Part shown: positions 1-7,914 of the stretch, in pieces
How positions within the stretch are numbered: the stretch's first letter is position 1
How the letters are laid out: the number at the start of each line of letters is the position of its first letter
Assembly: GCA_964587805.1 (NCBI GenBank)
Contig: CAZPMW010000006.1
Span: forward strand, 1 to 47,976
Length of the DNA: 47,976 bases
Direction of reading: 5' to 3'
DNA from: an uncultured Elusimicrobiaceae bacterium
GTDB taxonomy: Bacteria; Elusimicrobiota; Elusimicrobia; Elusimicrobiales; UBA9959
Notes under the pieces: model-generated
The model's database searches: none
What the model was told of the DNA's origin: nothing
What the model saw: the letters and a program-made list of their open reading frames with translations, nothing else
Made by a program: the position numbers and the translations under genes

Positions 1-54
1 TGCCCCTGCGGCTCAGGCAAGAAATATAAAAAATGCCACGGGGTTAACGGGTAA
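1..54 (+). CDS. secA: 3' end of a SEC-C motif protein, most likely preprotein translocase SecA (partial)
   Basis: Frame 1 reads CPCGSGKKYKKCHGVNG-stop (TAA 52-54), the canonical SEC-C Zn-binding tail. Not in the ORF track. Other SEC-C proteins cannot be excluded. Confidence 0.75.
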   Translation, partial: CPCGSGKKYKKCHGVNG

Positions 55-63
55 AGGATAAGG

Positions 64-1590
64 ATGAGGGATAAAGGAAGGAAGTTTTCCCTTTTCAACG
101 CCTGTGCGCTGCCGGTCCTTTCCTCCATTCTGCTGGTACTAAGCTACCCTAAATTCGACCAGGGCTGGCTGGCCTGGTTTGCCCTCGCGCCGCTCTCTTT
201 AGCGATCTGGAGAGCGAAAGCCCTTAAACATGCGGCGCTGGCCGGCCTTGCGGCCGGCTTCTTTTTTTACGCCGGCATCCTGTACTGGATATATCCGACC
301 ATGCGCGCCGGAGGGGTCAGCGCGCCGTTTTCGGCTTTCGGCCTTGCGGCCTTAAGCCTGCTGATGTCGGCAGAATTCATAGCCGCGTCAGTTTTCGGGT
401 TTTACATCAAAAGGGCCGGCGCCGGGATCTGGCCGTACATCTTCGCTCTCGGCTGGGCCCTGATGGAATACGGGAAAGTGCTGCTGAGTCAGAAGGCGGT
501 GTGGTTCCCGTGGTTCATGCTGGGTTATACCCAGTGGGAATATACTCCCCTCATACAAATAGCGTCCCTGACTGGCGTGTACGGCCTCAGCGCGGCCGTC
601 TGTTTTACAGGGGCTCTCGCGGGCACGCTTCTTCTTCCGGGAGGAGGCTCACTGAAGAAAGCGCGGCGCCTCGCGCCTGCTCTGGCAGTCTTCGCTCTGA
701 TCTGGCTTTATGGCCGGTATGAGCTTGAGAACGCCTCCGCTCTGCCGCCGTCGGGGTACATCGACGCCGTCCTGCTTCAGCCGTGCGTCAGCCTGTACGA
801 TAAGTGGAACCCTGAAAAAGCCCGTGGGATACAGGATAAAATAGAGGCGATGCTGAGCGGCCTTAATGCACCCGATCTGATCCTGTGGCCGGAGAACGCC
901 CTGCCAGGCTGGATAGACGACCCGGCATATTCCGGCTGGCTTAAGCGCCTGTCCGCAAAAAACAAAAGCTGGAACCTGGTGGGCTCTGTCTCGCGCGGAG
1001 ACGGCCGGCATGTCTCCGCCTTTCTGCTTAACGAGGAAGGAGAGATAACTGCTTCCTACGATAAAAGGCGGCTGGTGCCGTTCGGCGAATATGTTCCGGG
1101 GCGGGATTTTCTGGGGACGTTCATTGCGCCGGTGGCTTCTCTGGGGGAATTCTCGGAGGGCGCTTTGAAGCAGAAGTTATTCGCGCTTAAGGGGCGCAGG
1201 CTGGGCGGGGCCATCTGCTACGAGTCGGTTTTCCCATACCTGTTCACCGCCGATGTTAAAGCGGGCGCGGATGTTTTTTTTAATATCACCAACGACGGCT
1301 GGTACCTGGATACGGCCGCGCCGTACCAGCATTTCCTCGTCAATATATTCCGGGCCGTAGAAACCCGCCGCGCCGTGATGCGCGCCGCCAATAACGGCAT
1401 CTCCGCTGTCATAGACCCCTGGGGACGCGTGCTTGCGAAGAAAAACCTGAATGAAGCCGGCGCGCTGACTGTCCGCGTGCCTGTCTACGCCGACGCGGGC
1501 CTGACCTTTTATACCTCCAGCGGGCAATGGTTCATCTGGTTTTGCGCGCTGGCGGCGGCGGCTTTCCTGCTGGCAGTCATCCTTATATAA
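64..1590 (+). CDS. lnt: Apolipoprotein N-acyltransferase
   Basis: N-terminal TM helices with FPW..LGY, and a nitrilase-fold triad in WPEN (E), YDKRRLVPFGEY (K) and ICYE (C); also NITNDGWY and RAANNGIS. Confidence 0.95.
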   Translation: MRDKGRKFSLFNACALPVLSSILLVLSYPKFDQGWLAWFALAPLSLAIWRAKALKHAALAGLAAGFFFYAGILYWIYPTMRAGGVSAPFSAFGLAALSLLMSAEFIAASVFGFYIKRAGAGIWPYIFALGWALMEYGKVLLSQKAVWFPWFMLGYTQWEYTPLIQIASLTGVYGLSAAVCFTGALAGTLLLPGGGSLKKARRLAPALAVFALIWLYGRYELENASALPPSGYIDAVLLQPCVSLYDKWNPEKARGIQDKIEAMLSGLNAPDLILWPENALPGWIDDPAYSGWLKRLSAKNKSWNLVGSVSRGDGRHVSAFLLNEEGEITASYDKRRLVPFGEYVPGRDFLGTFIAPVASLGEFSEGALKQKLFALKGRRLGGAICYESVFPYLFTADVKAGADVFFNITNDGWYLDTAAPYQHFLVNIFRAVETRRAVMRAANNGISAVIDPWGRVLAKKNLNEAGALTVRVPVYADAGLTFYTSSGQWFIWFCALAAAAFLLAVILI

Positions 1591-1592
1591 GT

Positions 1593-2513
1593 ATGCCGAT
1601 CCCGATAGTCTTTTCCGGAAAATACACGCTTAAGAGCAGCGGCCATGTCTTCAGGACCGGCAAATTTGAAGCGGCGCTGAAGATTCTTTTGAAAGAGGGG
1701 ATAATCAAGCGCCCAGATATATTGGAGCCCCGGCTGCCGTCAAAAGCCGACCTCCGGCTTGCGCATTCCCCGGCCTGGGTTAAAAAAATACTGGACGGAG
1801 CGCTTACGCGCCGCGATATGGCGCGCGCGGAGCTGGAGGTCACAGCGGAGATGCTGGAGGCCCACCTGCTGAGCGTGGGCGGCACCATTTTGGCCGCCCG
1901 GTTGGCGCTGGATACCGGCCTCGGCGTGCATTGCGGCGGAGGGGCCCACCACGCCTTCTCCGGCCACGGCGAGGGCTTTTGCCTTCTCAACGACATCGCG
2001 GTGGCCGTGAACAAGATGCGCGCTGAAAAGCGGATCAGGCGGGCGCTTATTGTAGACCTGGACGCGCACCAGGGCAACGGCACGGCCGGGATATTTCGCG
2101 GCGACAGGGATGTTTTCACTTTTTCAATGCATCAGCGCGGCATCTACCCGGAGCGCCGGGAGCGCAGTTCGCTGGACCTTGAGCTGCCGGCCGGCGCGGG
2201 AAACGCGGCCTACCTCAGGCTGCTCAAGGCGAACCTTCCCGCGGTTATCCGGAGGGCGCGGCCGGACCTCGTGCTCTACAACGCCGGGGTGGATGTCTAT
2301 GAGCATGATGCGCTGGGCGGGCTTAAGCTTACGGCCGCCGGGGTGCGCAGGAGAGATGAAACGGTTTTCAGTGAATGCTTCGGTCGGAAGGTTCCCACGG
2401 CCCTTGTCCTCAGCGGCGGCTATGCGGCCAGACTCTCCGATACCGCGCGCCTGCACGCCAATACGATCAAGGCCGCCATCCGGCTGAAAGGCAGAGGAAG
2501 CTCCCTCCTGTAG
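1593..2513 (+). CDS. Zn-dependent histone deacetylase-family deacylase (HDAC11/AcuC-like)
   Basis: GGAHHA, GFCLLND, DLDAHQGNG, YNAGVD and LSGGY motifs. Start moved to ATG 1593, 2 nt after the lnt stop. Confidence 0.9.
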   Translation: MPIPIVFSGKYTLKSSGHVFRTGKFEAALKILLKEGIIKRPDILEPRLPSKADLRLAHSPAWVKKILDGALTRRDMARAELEVTAEMLEAHLLSVGGTILAARLALDTGLGVHCGGGAHHAFSGHGEGFCLLNDIAVAVNKMRAEKRIRRALIVDLDAHQGNGTAGIFRGDRDVFTFSMHQRGIYPERRERSSLDLELPAGAGNAAYLRLLKANLPAVIRRARPDLVLYNAGVDVYEHDALGGLKLTAAGVRRRDETVFSECFGRKVPTALVLSGGYAARLSDTARLHANTIKAAIRLKGRGSSLL

Positions 2514-2528
2514 GAAAATTGCGCCAAC

Positions 2529-2619
2529 CGGGCCTTGGTGCCCATATTGCATATAGGCCTTAAGGCCTACACAGGCATAGGTCCTTTGGCCTTGCCTTTT
2601 GTCAATAATGCTGTAAACT
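2529..2619 (+). promoter_or_regulatory. Three phased 16-bp palindromic boxes plus sigma70-like promoter of clostripain gene 1
   Basis: CGGGCCttggTGCCCA (2529), perfect TAGGCCttaaGGCCTA (2554), TAGGTCctttGGCCTT (2578); TTGCCT 2592-2597, 16 bp, TAAACT 2614-2619. Confidence 0.55.
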
Positions 2620-2668
2620 ATCATATGCCCGACAGGGGCGCAGCCATAAAGTACAGGAGGAAGCACGG

Positions 2669-3940
2669 ATGTTTAAAAAACTCATCATGACCGCTCTCGC
2701 GATGTCTATGTCGGCCTCGCTCTGCGCGTTCAACTTCGATAACCCAGGCAGCAATAACTTCAAAGAAGAGATTTCAAACATTGAAGTCGCCGCCCCCGTT
2801 CAGTCCCCCGCGACAGTGAATGAGCAAGCCGTAAAAGAATGGACCATCATGGTCTACGTCAACGGCAAGAACAACCTGGAAAAATACGCTCTGCTCGACA
2901 TGAACGAGATGGAGATGATAGGCTCCTCCGACAAAGTGAATATCGTAACCGAAGTGGGCCGCATGGCAGGCTTCGACTCATCGGAAGGCGACTGGGTCGG
3001 CACGCGCCGCTATTTGGTCCAGAAGGACAATAACCCCGCGGCGATAACTTCGCCTGTGCTGCAGGACCTGGGCAAGACGGATATGGGCGATTATAAGCAG
3101 GTTATAGCTTTCGGCAAGTGGGCCAAGGCTAACTATCCCGCGAAGAAGTACATGCTCATTCTCTGGAACCACGGCGCCGGCTGGGTCAAGAGCCGCGCCA
3201 ATATCAATAAGGGCATTTCCTACGATGATGAAACCGGAAATCACCTCAACACCCCTCAGCTGGGCCTGACGCTTAAGGAAATCGGCGGCGTGAATGTCTA
3301 CGGTTCGGACGCCTGCCTTATGCAGATGCCGGAAGTGAACTATGAGATCAAGGACTATGTGGAATATATAGTCGGATCTGAAGAGACCGAGCCCGGTGAC
3401 GGCTATACCTATAACACCTTCCTGGGCCCGATAGTGGCAAACCCGGCCATGACCTCCGAAGAGGTTGGCAAACAGACTGTTAACGCCTACGCCGACCACT
3501 ACGCGAACCTGGGTCAGGGCGCCACCCAGAGCCTGCTCAAAATGTCAGCCATGGACGGTTTCGTGGGTCAGGTCAACAGCTTCGTCGCCACGACCATAGC
3601 CGCCGGCGAGAAAGCGCTGGTCAAGAGCGCGCTAGCCAAGGCGCAGAGCTATGCCTACGCGGACAATAAAGACATGTGGCATTTCCTCAGCCTCTACGCG
3701 GCTTCCTCAGCCAACCCGGAAGTGAAAGAGAAGGCGGCGAGCCTGCAGAGCTATCTGAAAGATACGCTCATCGTCCTTAACCGGACCTCCGGCAAGTACG
3801 CCGGCAAGAGCATGGGGCTGTCGGTCTATCTGCCCACCGCTACTCTCCCCAGCGCTTACAATGAGCTCGCATGGGCAAGGGCGGCGCAGTGGGACGAGTT
3901 CATCAAATGGTACCAGACCAAGGATCCGTCTAATCCCTGA
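2669..3940 (+). CDS. Secreted clostripain-family cysteine peptidase (C11), paralogue 1
   Basis: Signal peptide; WTIMVY..G.NNLE, WNHGAGW (catalytic His), DACLM (catalytic Cys), GSEETEPG; SD GGAGG. Confidence 0.9.
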   Translation: MFKKLIMTALAMSMSASLCAFNFDNPGSNNFKEEISNIEVAAPVQSPATVNEQAVKEWTIMVYVNGKNNLEKYALLDMNEMEMIGSSDKVNIVTEVGRMAGFDSSEGDWVGTRRYLVQKDNNPAAITSPVLQDLGKTDMGDYKQVIAFGKWAKANYPAKKYMLILWNHGAGWVKSRANINKGISYDDETGNHLNTPQLGLTLKEIGGVNVYGSDACLMQMPEVNYEIKDYVEYIVGSEETEPGDGYTYNTFLGPIVANPAMTSEEVGKQTVNAYADHYANLGQGATQSLLKMSAMDGFVGQVNSFVATTIAAGEKALVKSALAKAQSYAYADNKDMWHFLSLYAASSANPEVKEKAASLQSYLKDTLIVLNRTSGKYAGKSMGLSVYLPTATLPSAYNELAWARAAQWDEFIKWYQTKDPSNP

Positions 3941-3977
3941 AGATGATCGCGGACTGAGACAGCGGATGCAACAGTAA

Positions 3978-4012
3978 AAGAGGGCCGGCCAGAGAGCCGG
4001 CCCTCTTAATTT
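3978..4012 (+). terminator. Intrinsic terminator hairpin
   Basis: 12-bp stem AAGAGGGCCGGC / GCCGGCCCTCTT with a 6-nt loop and an AT-rich tail. Confidence 0.75.
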
Positions 4013-4038
4013 ATAAATGGTAAGGCGCCCTGCCGCTT

Positions 4039-4107
4039 TAGGTCCATTTGCTTCGCCAGCCATGGGCCTTTCGTCCCTTGTCGCGTGCCGGAAGCGGGAG
4101 CTAAACT
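4039..4107 (+). promoter_or_regulatory. Two phased palindromic boxes plus promoter of clostripain gene 2
   Basis: TAGGTCcattTGCTTC (4039) and TGGGCCtttcGTCCCT (4063), 24 bp apart; TTGTCG 4078-4083, 18 bp, TAAACT 4102-4107. Confidence 0.5.
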
Positions 4108-4162
4108 ATATACAGATAGTACACGCGGTGCGCCGGACAAAATCACGCAGGAGGAGTAAACT

Positions 4163-5437
4163 ATGCTTAAGAAGCTTGCGCTGGCAGTGGTCGCGCTGTT
4201 TTCTATGGGCCGGATGGCCTCGGCGGAGTTCAACTTAAGCAGCTTCAGCGTGAACGACCTGAAGGCGGAGATCTCCGGTGCGGATGTGCCGGTTCCGGCT
4301 CCCGCCGCAGGCGAAGCGCAGGCGGCGCCAGTTAAAGAATGGACCATCATGGTGTATATCAACGGTAAGAACGATCTGGAAAAATACGCCCTGCTCGACA
4401 TGAATGAGATGGAGATGATAGGGTCCTCGGATAAGGTTAACATCGTTACGGAGGTGGGCCGTATCGCCGGCTACGATTCATCCGATGGCGACTGGGTGGG
4501 CACGCGGCGCTATCTGGTGCAGAAGGACGATAATGCTTCCGTGGTAACTTCCCCGGTGGTGGCGGATCTGGGAAAGACGGACATGGGCGATTATAATCAG
4601 GTTATAGCGTTCGGCAAATGGGCTAAGGCCAACTACCCGGCCAAAAAGTACATGCTCCTCCTGTGGAACCACGGCTCCGGCTGGAGCAAAAGCGTCGTCA
4701 GTATCACAAAAGGCATCTCCTATGACAATGAGACCGGTCATCATCTTAATACGCCCCAGATGGGCCTGGCTCTTCAGGGGATCGGCGGCGTTAACGTTTA
4801 CGGCTCTGACGCCTGCCTGATGCAGATGCCGGAGGTGGACTATGAAATAAAACCCTATGTGGAATATATCGTGGGCTCCGAAGAGACCGAGCCCGGTGAC
4901 GGCTATACATATAATACCTTCCTCGGGCCGATAGTGGGCAATCCCTCCATGACAGCGGAAGAGCTTGGCCGGCAGGCGGTAAGCGCCTACGCCGACCACT
5001 ACGAGAGCCAGGGCCAGGGCGCCACGCAGAGCCTGCTGAAAGCGTCCGCTCTGGACGGGTTTGTGGGCCTGGTCAACGAGTTCGTGAACGCGGCAATGGC
5101 CAGCGGAGAGAAAGAGCTGATTAAGCGCGCCGTTTCACAGGCGCAGAGCTACGCGGTGGCGGATAATAAGGATCTGTGGCATTTCCTCAGTCTGTACGCG
5201 GCTTCTTCCGCCAGCCTGGAGGTAAAAGCTAAAGCGGGGAACCTGCAGAGCTATCTGACCGGTAAGCTGGTGGTCTATAACCGCGCCTCAGGTAAATACT
5301 CCGGCAAGAGCAAGGGACTCTCCGTTTACATGCCAGGGAGTTCTATGAACGCCGCCTACGGCGAACTAGCCTGGGCGAGAGCCTCATATTGGGATGAATT
5401 CGTTGGCTGGTATCTCGGCGCGCAGATGCCCTACTAG
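4163..5437 (+). CDS. Secreted clostripain-family cysteine peptidase (C11), paralogue 2
   Basis: Colinear and highly similar to 2669..3940; WNHGSGW and DACLM intact; signal peptide; SD GGAGG. Confidence 0.9.
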   Translation: MLKKLALAVVALFSMGRMASAEFNLSSFSVNDLKAEISGADVPVPAPAAGEAQAAPVKEWTIMVYINGKNDLEKYALLDMNEMEMIGSSDKVNIVTEVGRIAGYDSSDGDWVGTRRYLVQKDDNASVVTSPVVADLGKTDMGDYNQVIAFGKWAKANYPAKKYMLLLWNHGSGWSKSVVSITKGISYDNETGHHLNTPQMGLALQGIGGVNVYGSDACLMQMPEVDYEIKPYVEYIVGSEETEPGDGYTYNTFLGPIVGNPSMTAEELGRQAVSAYADHYESQGQGATQSLLKASALDGFVGLVNEFVNAAMASGEKELIKRAVSQAQSYAVADNKDLWHFLSLYAASSASLEVKAKAGNLQSYLTGKLVVYNRASGKYSGKSKGLSVYMPGSSMNAAYGELAWARASYWDEFVGWYLGAQMPY

Positions 5438-5469
5438 AGGCTTCGGCGGAGATAAGCGGCAAAAAACGC

Positions 5470-5506
5470 AAAAAAAGGGCCGGCTATTCAGCCGGCTCTT
5501 TTTTTT
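5470..5506. terminator. Bidirectional intrinsic terminator
   Basis: A7-GGGCCGGCT-attc-AGCCGGCTC-T8 between convergent genes. Confidence 0.85.
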
Positions 5507-5526
5507 GTGAGGATTGGATTTAAACG

Positions 5527-6459
5527 CTATTTGAGCTTAGCCCTGAAATAAGCCACGGTTTTGCGCAGGCCCTCTTCCAGAGAGACTTTCGGGACCCAGC
5601 GGAGGTCTTTGCGGGCGCGTGAGATATCAGGCCTGCGCACCTTGGGGTCGTCCTCGGGCAGCGGTTTGAATATGATGCGTGACTTGCTGCCCGTGGCGGC
5701 CTTCACCATCTCCGCCAGTTCCAGCAGGGTAAGCTCGCGCGGGTTGCCGATGTTTACCGGCTCATTGATGCCGCTCCTGAGCAGGCGGTAAATGCCGTCT
5801 ATAAGATCCGAAACATAGCAGAGGCTGCGCGTCTGGCTGCCGTCGCCGTAAACCGTGATGGGCTTATTTTTAAGCGCCTGAACCATGAAGTTCGGCACGG
5901 CGCGGCCGTCTTCCAGGCGCATATTGGGGCCGTAAGTGTTGAAAATGCGCACAATGCGGACCTGCATGCGGTGATAGCGGTGGTAGGCCATGGTCATGGC
6001 CTCGGCGAAGCGCTTCGCCTCGTCGTATACGCCGCGCGGCCCTATGGGGTTAACGTTGCCCCAGTAGCTTTCACGCTGCGGGCTTACCAGCGGGTCTCCG
6101 TAGACCTCGGAGGTGGAGGCTATCATGAAAACGGCTTTCTTTGCTTTCGCCAGACCCAGGGCGGTATGCGTTCCAAGAGCCCCGACTTTCAGCGTCGGAA
6201 TCGGGTACTTGAGGTAGTCTATGGGGGATGCCGGGCTGGCGAAATGCATAACGGCGTCCAGCTTGCCCGGCACGTGCAGGAAATGGGTCACATCGTACTT
6301 GATAAACTCGAATTTCCCGGTCTTAAAAAGGTCCTGTATATTGTCTATGCTGCCGGTAATGAAATTATCCAGCCCCACGACCGTATGGCCCTTGTTCAGC
6401 AGATACCGCGATAAATGACTGCCCAAAAAGCCGGCCGCCCCGGTAACTAATATCCTCAT
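5527..6459 (-). CDS. UDP-glucuronate decarboxylase (UDP-xylose synthase), extended SDR
   Basis: [53 protein letters not shown] and [10 protein letters not shown] are UXS-type motifs. Confidence 0.9.
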   Translation of the reverse strand: MRILVTGAAGFLGSHLSRYLLNKGHTVVGLDNFITGSIDNIQDLFKTGKFEFIKYDVTHFLHVPGKLDAVMHFASPASPIDYLKYPIPTLKVGALGTHTALGLAKAKKAVFMIASTSEVYGDPLVSPQRESYWGNVNPIGPRGVYDEAKRFAEAMTMAYHRYHRMQVRIVRIFNTYGPNMRLEDGRAVPNFMVQALKNKPITVYGDGSQTRSLCYVSDLIDGIYRLLRSGINEPVNIGNPRELTLLELAEMVKAATGSKSRIIFKPLPEDDPKVRRPDISRARKDLRWVPKVSLEEGLRKTVAYFRAKLK

Positions 6460-6484
6460 TTTATTTACACCTCTGTTTGGTCAT

Positions 6485-6558
6485 GTGAATAGTAAATCGT
6501 AAGTAGTAAGCAAACAGGGAATTACTGAACTGTTTACGATTAACAACCCACGATTTAC
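6485..6558. repeat. Inverted pair of degenerate heptamer tandem arrays
   Basis: GTGAATA-GTAAATC-GTAAGTA-GTAAGCA (6485-6512) faces TGTTTAC-GATTAAC-AACCCAC-GATTTAC (6531-6558); GATTTAC is the reverse complement of GTAAATC. Confidence 0.65.
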
Positions 6559-6563
6559 GCTGG

Positions 6564-7895
6564 CTAGTGCCGCCCTACCGACTTATACGTAAAGCCCAGC
6601 TCGCGCATTTTTGCCGGAACATAGAGGTTGCGGCCGTCTATCATGATGGGATGCTTAAGCAGGGTCATGACTTTTTTAAGGTCCAGCTTCGCGAACTGCG
6701 CCCATTCGGTCACCAGACAGACGCAGTCGGCGCCTGCCACGCAGTCATAGGGGTCCTTGGCGAAATAGATCCCCTTGATAACCTGTCTGGCGTTATCCTG
6801 TGAAACCGGGTCATAGGCCCGTACTTTAGCGCCCAGTTTAGTGAATTCGGCTATGATATCTATGCTGGGTGCGAACCGCATATCGTCCGTCTCGGGCTTG
6901 AAAGCCAGGCCCAGCATCGCTACCGTCTTGCCTTCCAGGTTCCAGAGCTCGTCCTGCACTTTCCTTACGATCCACATTTTGGCGTTTTCGTTTATGTCCT
7001 TGACCGCTTTAAGCAGCTCGAAATCATAGCCCTTGCGGTGGCTGAGCCAGTAGAACGCCTCCAGGTCCTTGGGGAAACAGAAACCGCCGAAGCCGATGCC
7101 GGCCTTCAGGAAGCTCATCCCTATCCTTTTGTCCAGGCCCATGCCTTTAGCCACCATCTCCACGTCGGCGCCGGTTTTTTCGCATACGGCGGCGACCGCG
7201 TTTATGAAGGATATCTTGGCGGCTAGGAAGGAGTTAGAGGCGTGCTTGATGAGCTCGGCGCTTTTTACGTCGGTGAAAAGCAGGGGCGCGCCTTTAATCG
7301 GGCTGTAAATCCTGCGCATCAGGGCCTCGCACTGCTTGCTGGGGCAGCCCAGCACCACGCGGTCAGGCTTGAGAAAATCTCCTACGGCCGTGCCTTCGCG
7401 CAAAAATTCCGGATTGGACGCCACGTCGAACGGGATATTCTTTTTGTTATGGCGCAGAACTGTTTTGTTGATCCATTCGCAGGTCTCCACCGGTACTGTG
7501 GATTTCTCCACTATCACGGTGTAGTCGCTCATGTTGTTCGCTATCTCCTCTGCGACCTTTTCAATGGCGGAGAGATCCGCGGAGCCGTCTTCGCGCGGCG
7601 GAGTTCCGACAGCTATAAAAACGGCTTCGGCGCGGTGGCCGCCATGGTGCATGCCGTTCTTTATGGAATTGGAGAAGAACAGCTTTTTCGCCTTCACGTT
7701 CTTTCGCACCAGGCGCTCAAGGCCGTCCTCGTAGATCGGCATGACGCCTTTCTCAAGCATGGCTATTTTTTTGGGGTCGGAGTCCACGCAGACGACGCGG
7801 TGCCCCAGCTCAGCCAGGCAGGTGCCGGACACCAGCCCGACATAGCCGGCGCCGATCACGCAGATATCAGCTCTTTCATTCTTGGTCTTTTTCAT
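6564..7895 (-). CDS. ugd: UDP-glucose 6-dehydrogenase
   Basis: GAGYVG, IAVGTP, KSTVP, SNPEFLREG, GFGGFCFPKD (catalytic Cys) and GLAFKPETDDMR. Confidence 0.95.
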   Translation of the reverse strand: MKKTKNERADICVIGAGYVGLVSGTCLAELGHRVVCVDSDPKKIAMLEKGVMPIYEDGLERLVRKNVKAKKLFFSNSIKNGMHHGGHRAEAVFIAVGTPPREDGSADLSAIEKVAEEIANNMSDYTVIVEKSTVPVETCEWINKTVLRHNKKNIPFDVASNPEFLREGTAVGDFLKPDRVVLGCPSKQCEALMRRIYSPIKGAPLLFTDVKSAELIKHASNSFLAAKISFINAVAAVCEKTGADVEMVAKGMGLDKRIGMSFLKAGIGFGGFCFPKDLEAFYWLSHRKGYDFELLKAVKDINENAKMWIVRKVQDELWNLEGKTVAMLGLAFKPETDDMRFAPSIDIIAEFTKLGAKVRAYDPVSQDNARQVIKGIYFAKDPYDCVAGADCVCLVTEWAQFAKLDLKKVMTLLKHPIMIDGRNLYVPAKMRELGFTYKSVGRH

Positions 7896-7914
7896 TTGTA
7901 TCCTCCGGATGTTG

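Noticed and set aside
1527-1592. ORF-track upstream starts for HDAC, EamA (9023), PLD (10047), recA (11563), rhodanese (21507), arfB (22623) and TolC (46587)
   Set aside because: The extensions overlap neighbours or lack family similarity; downstream starts have SD or -10 support.
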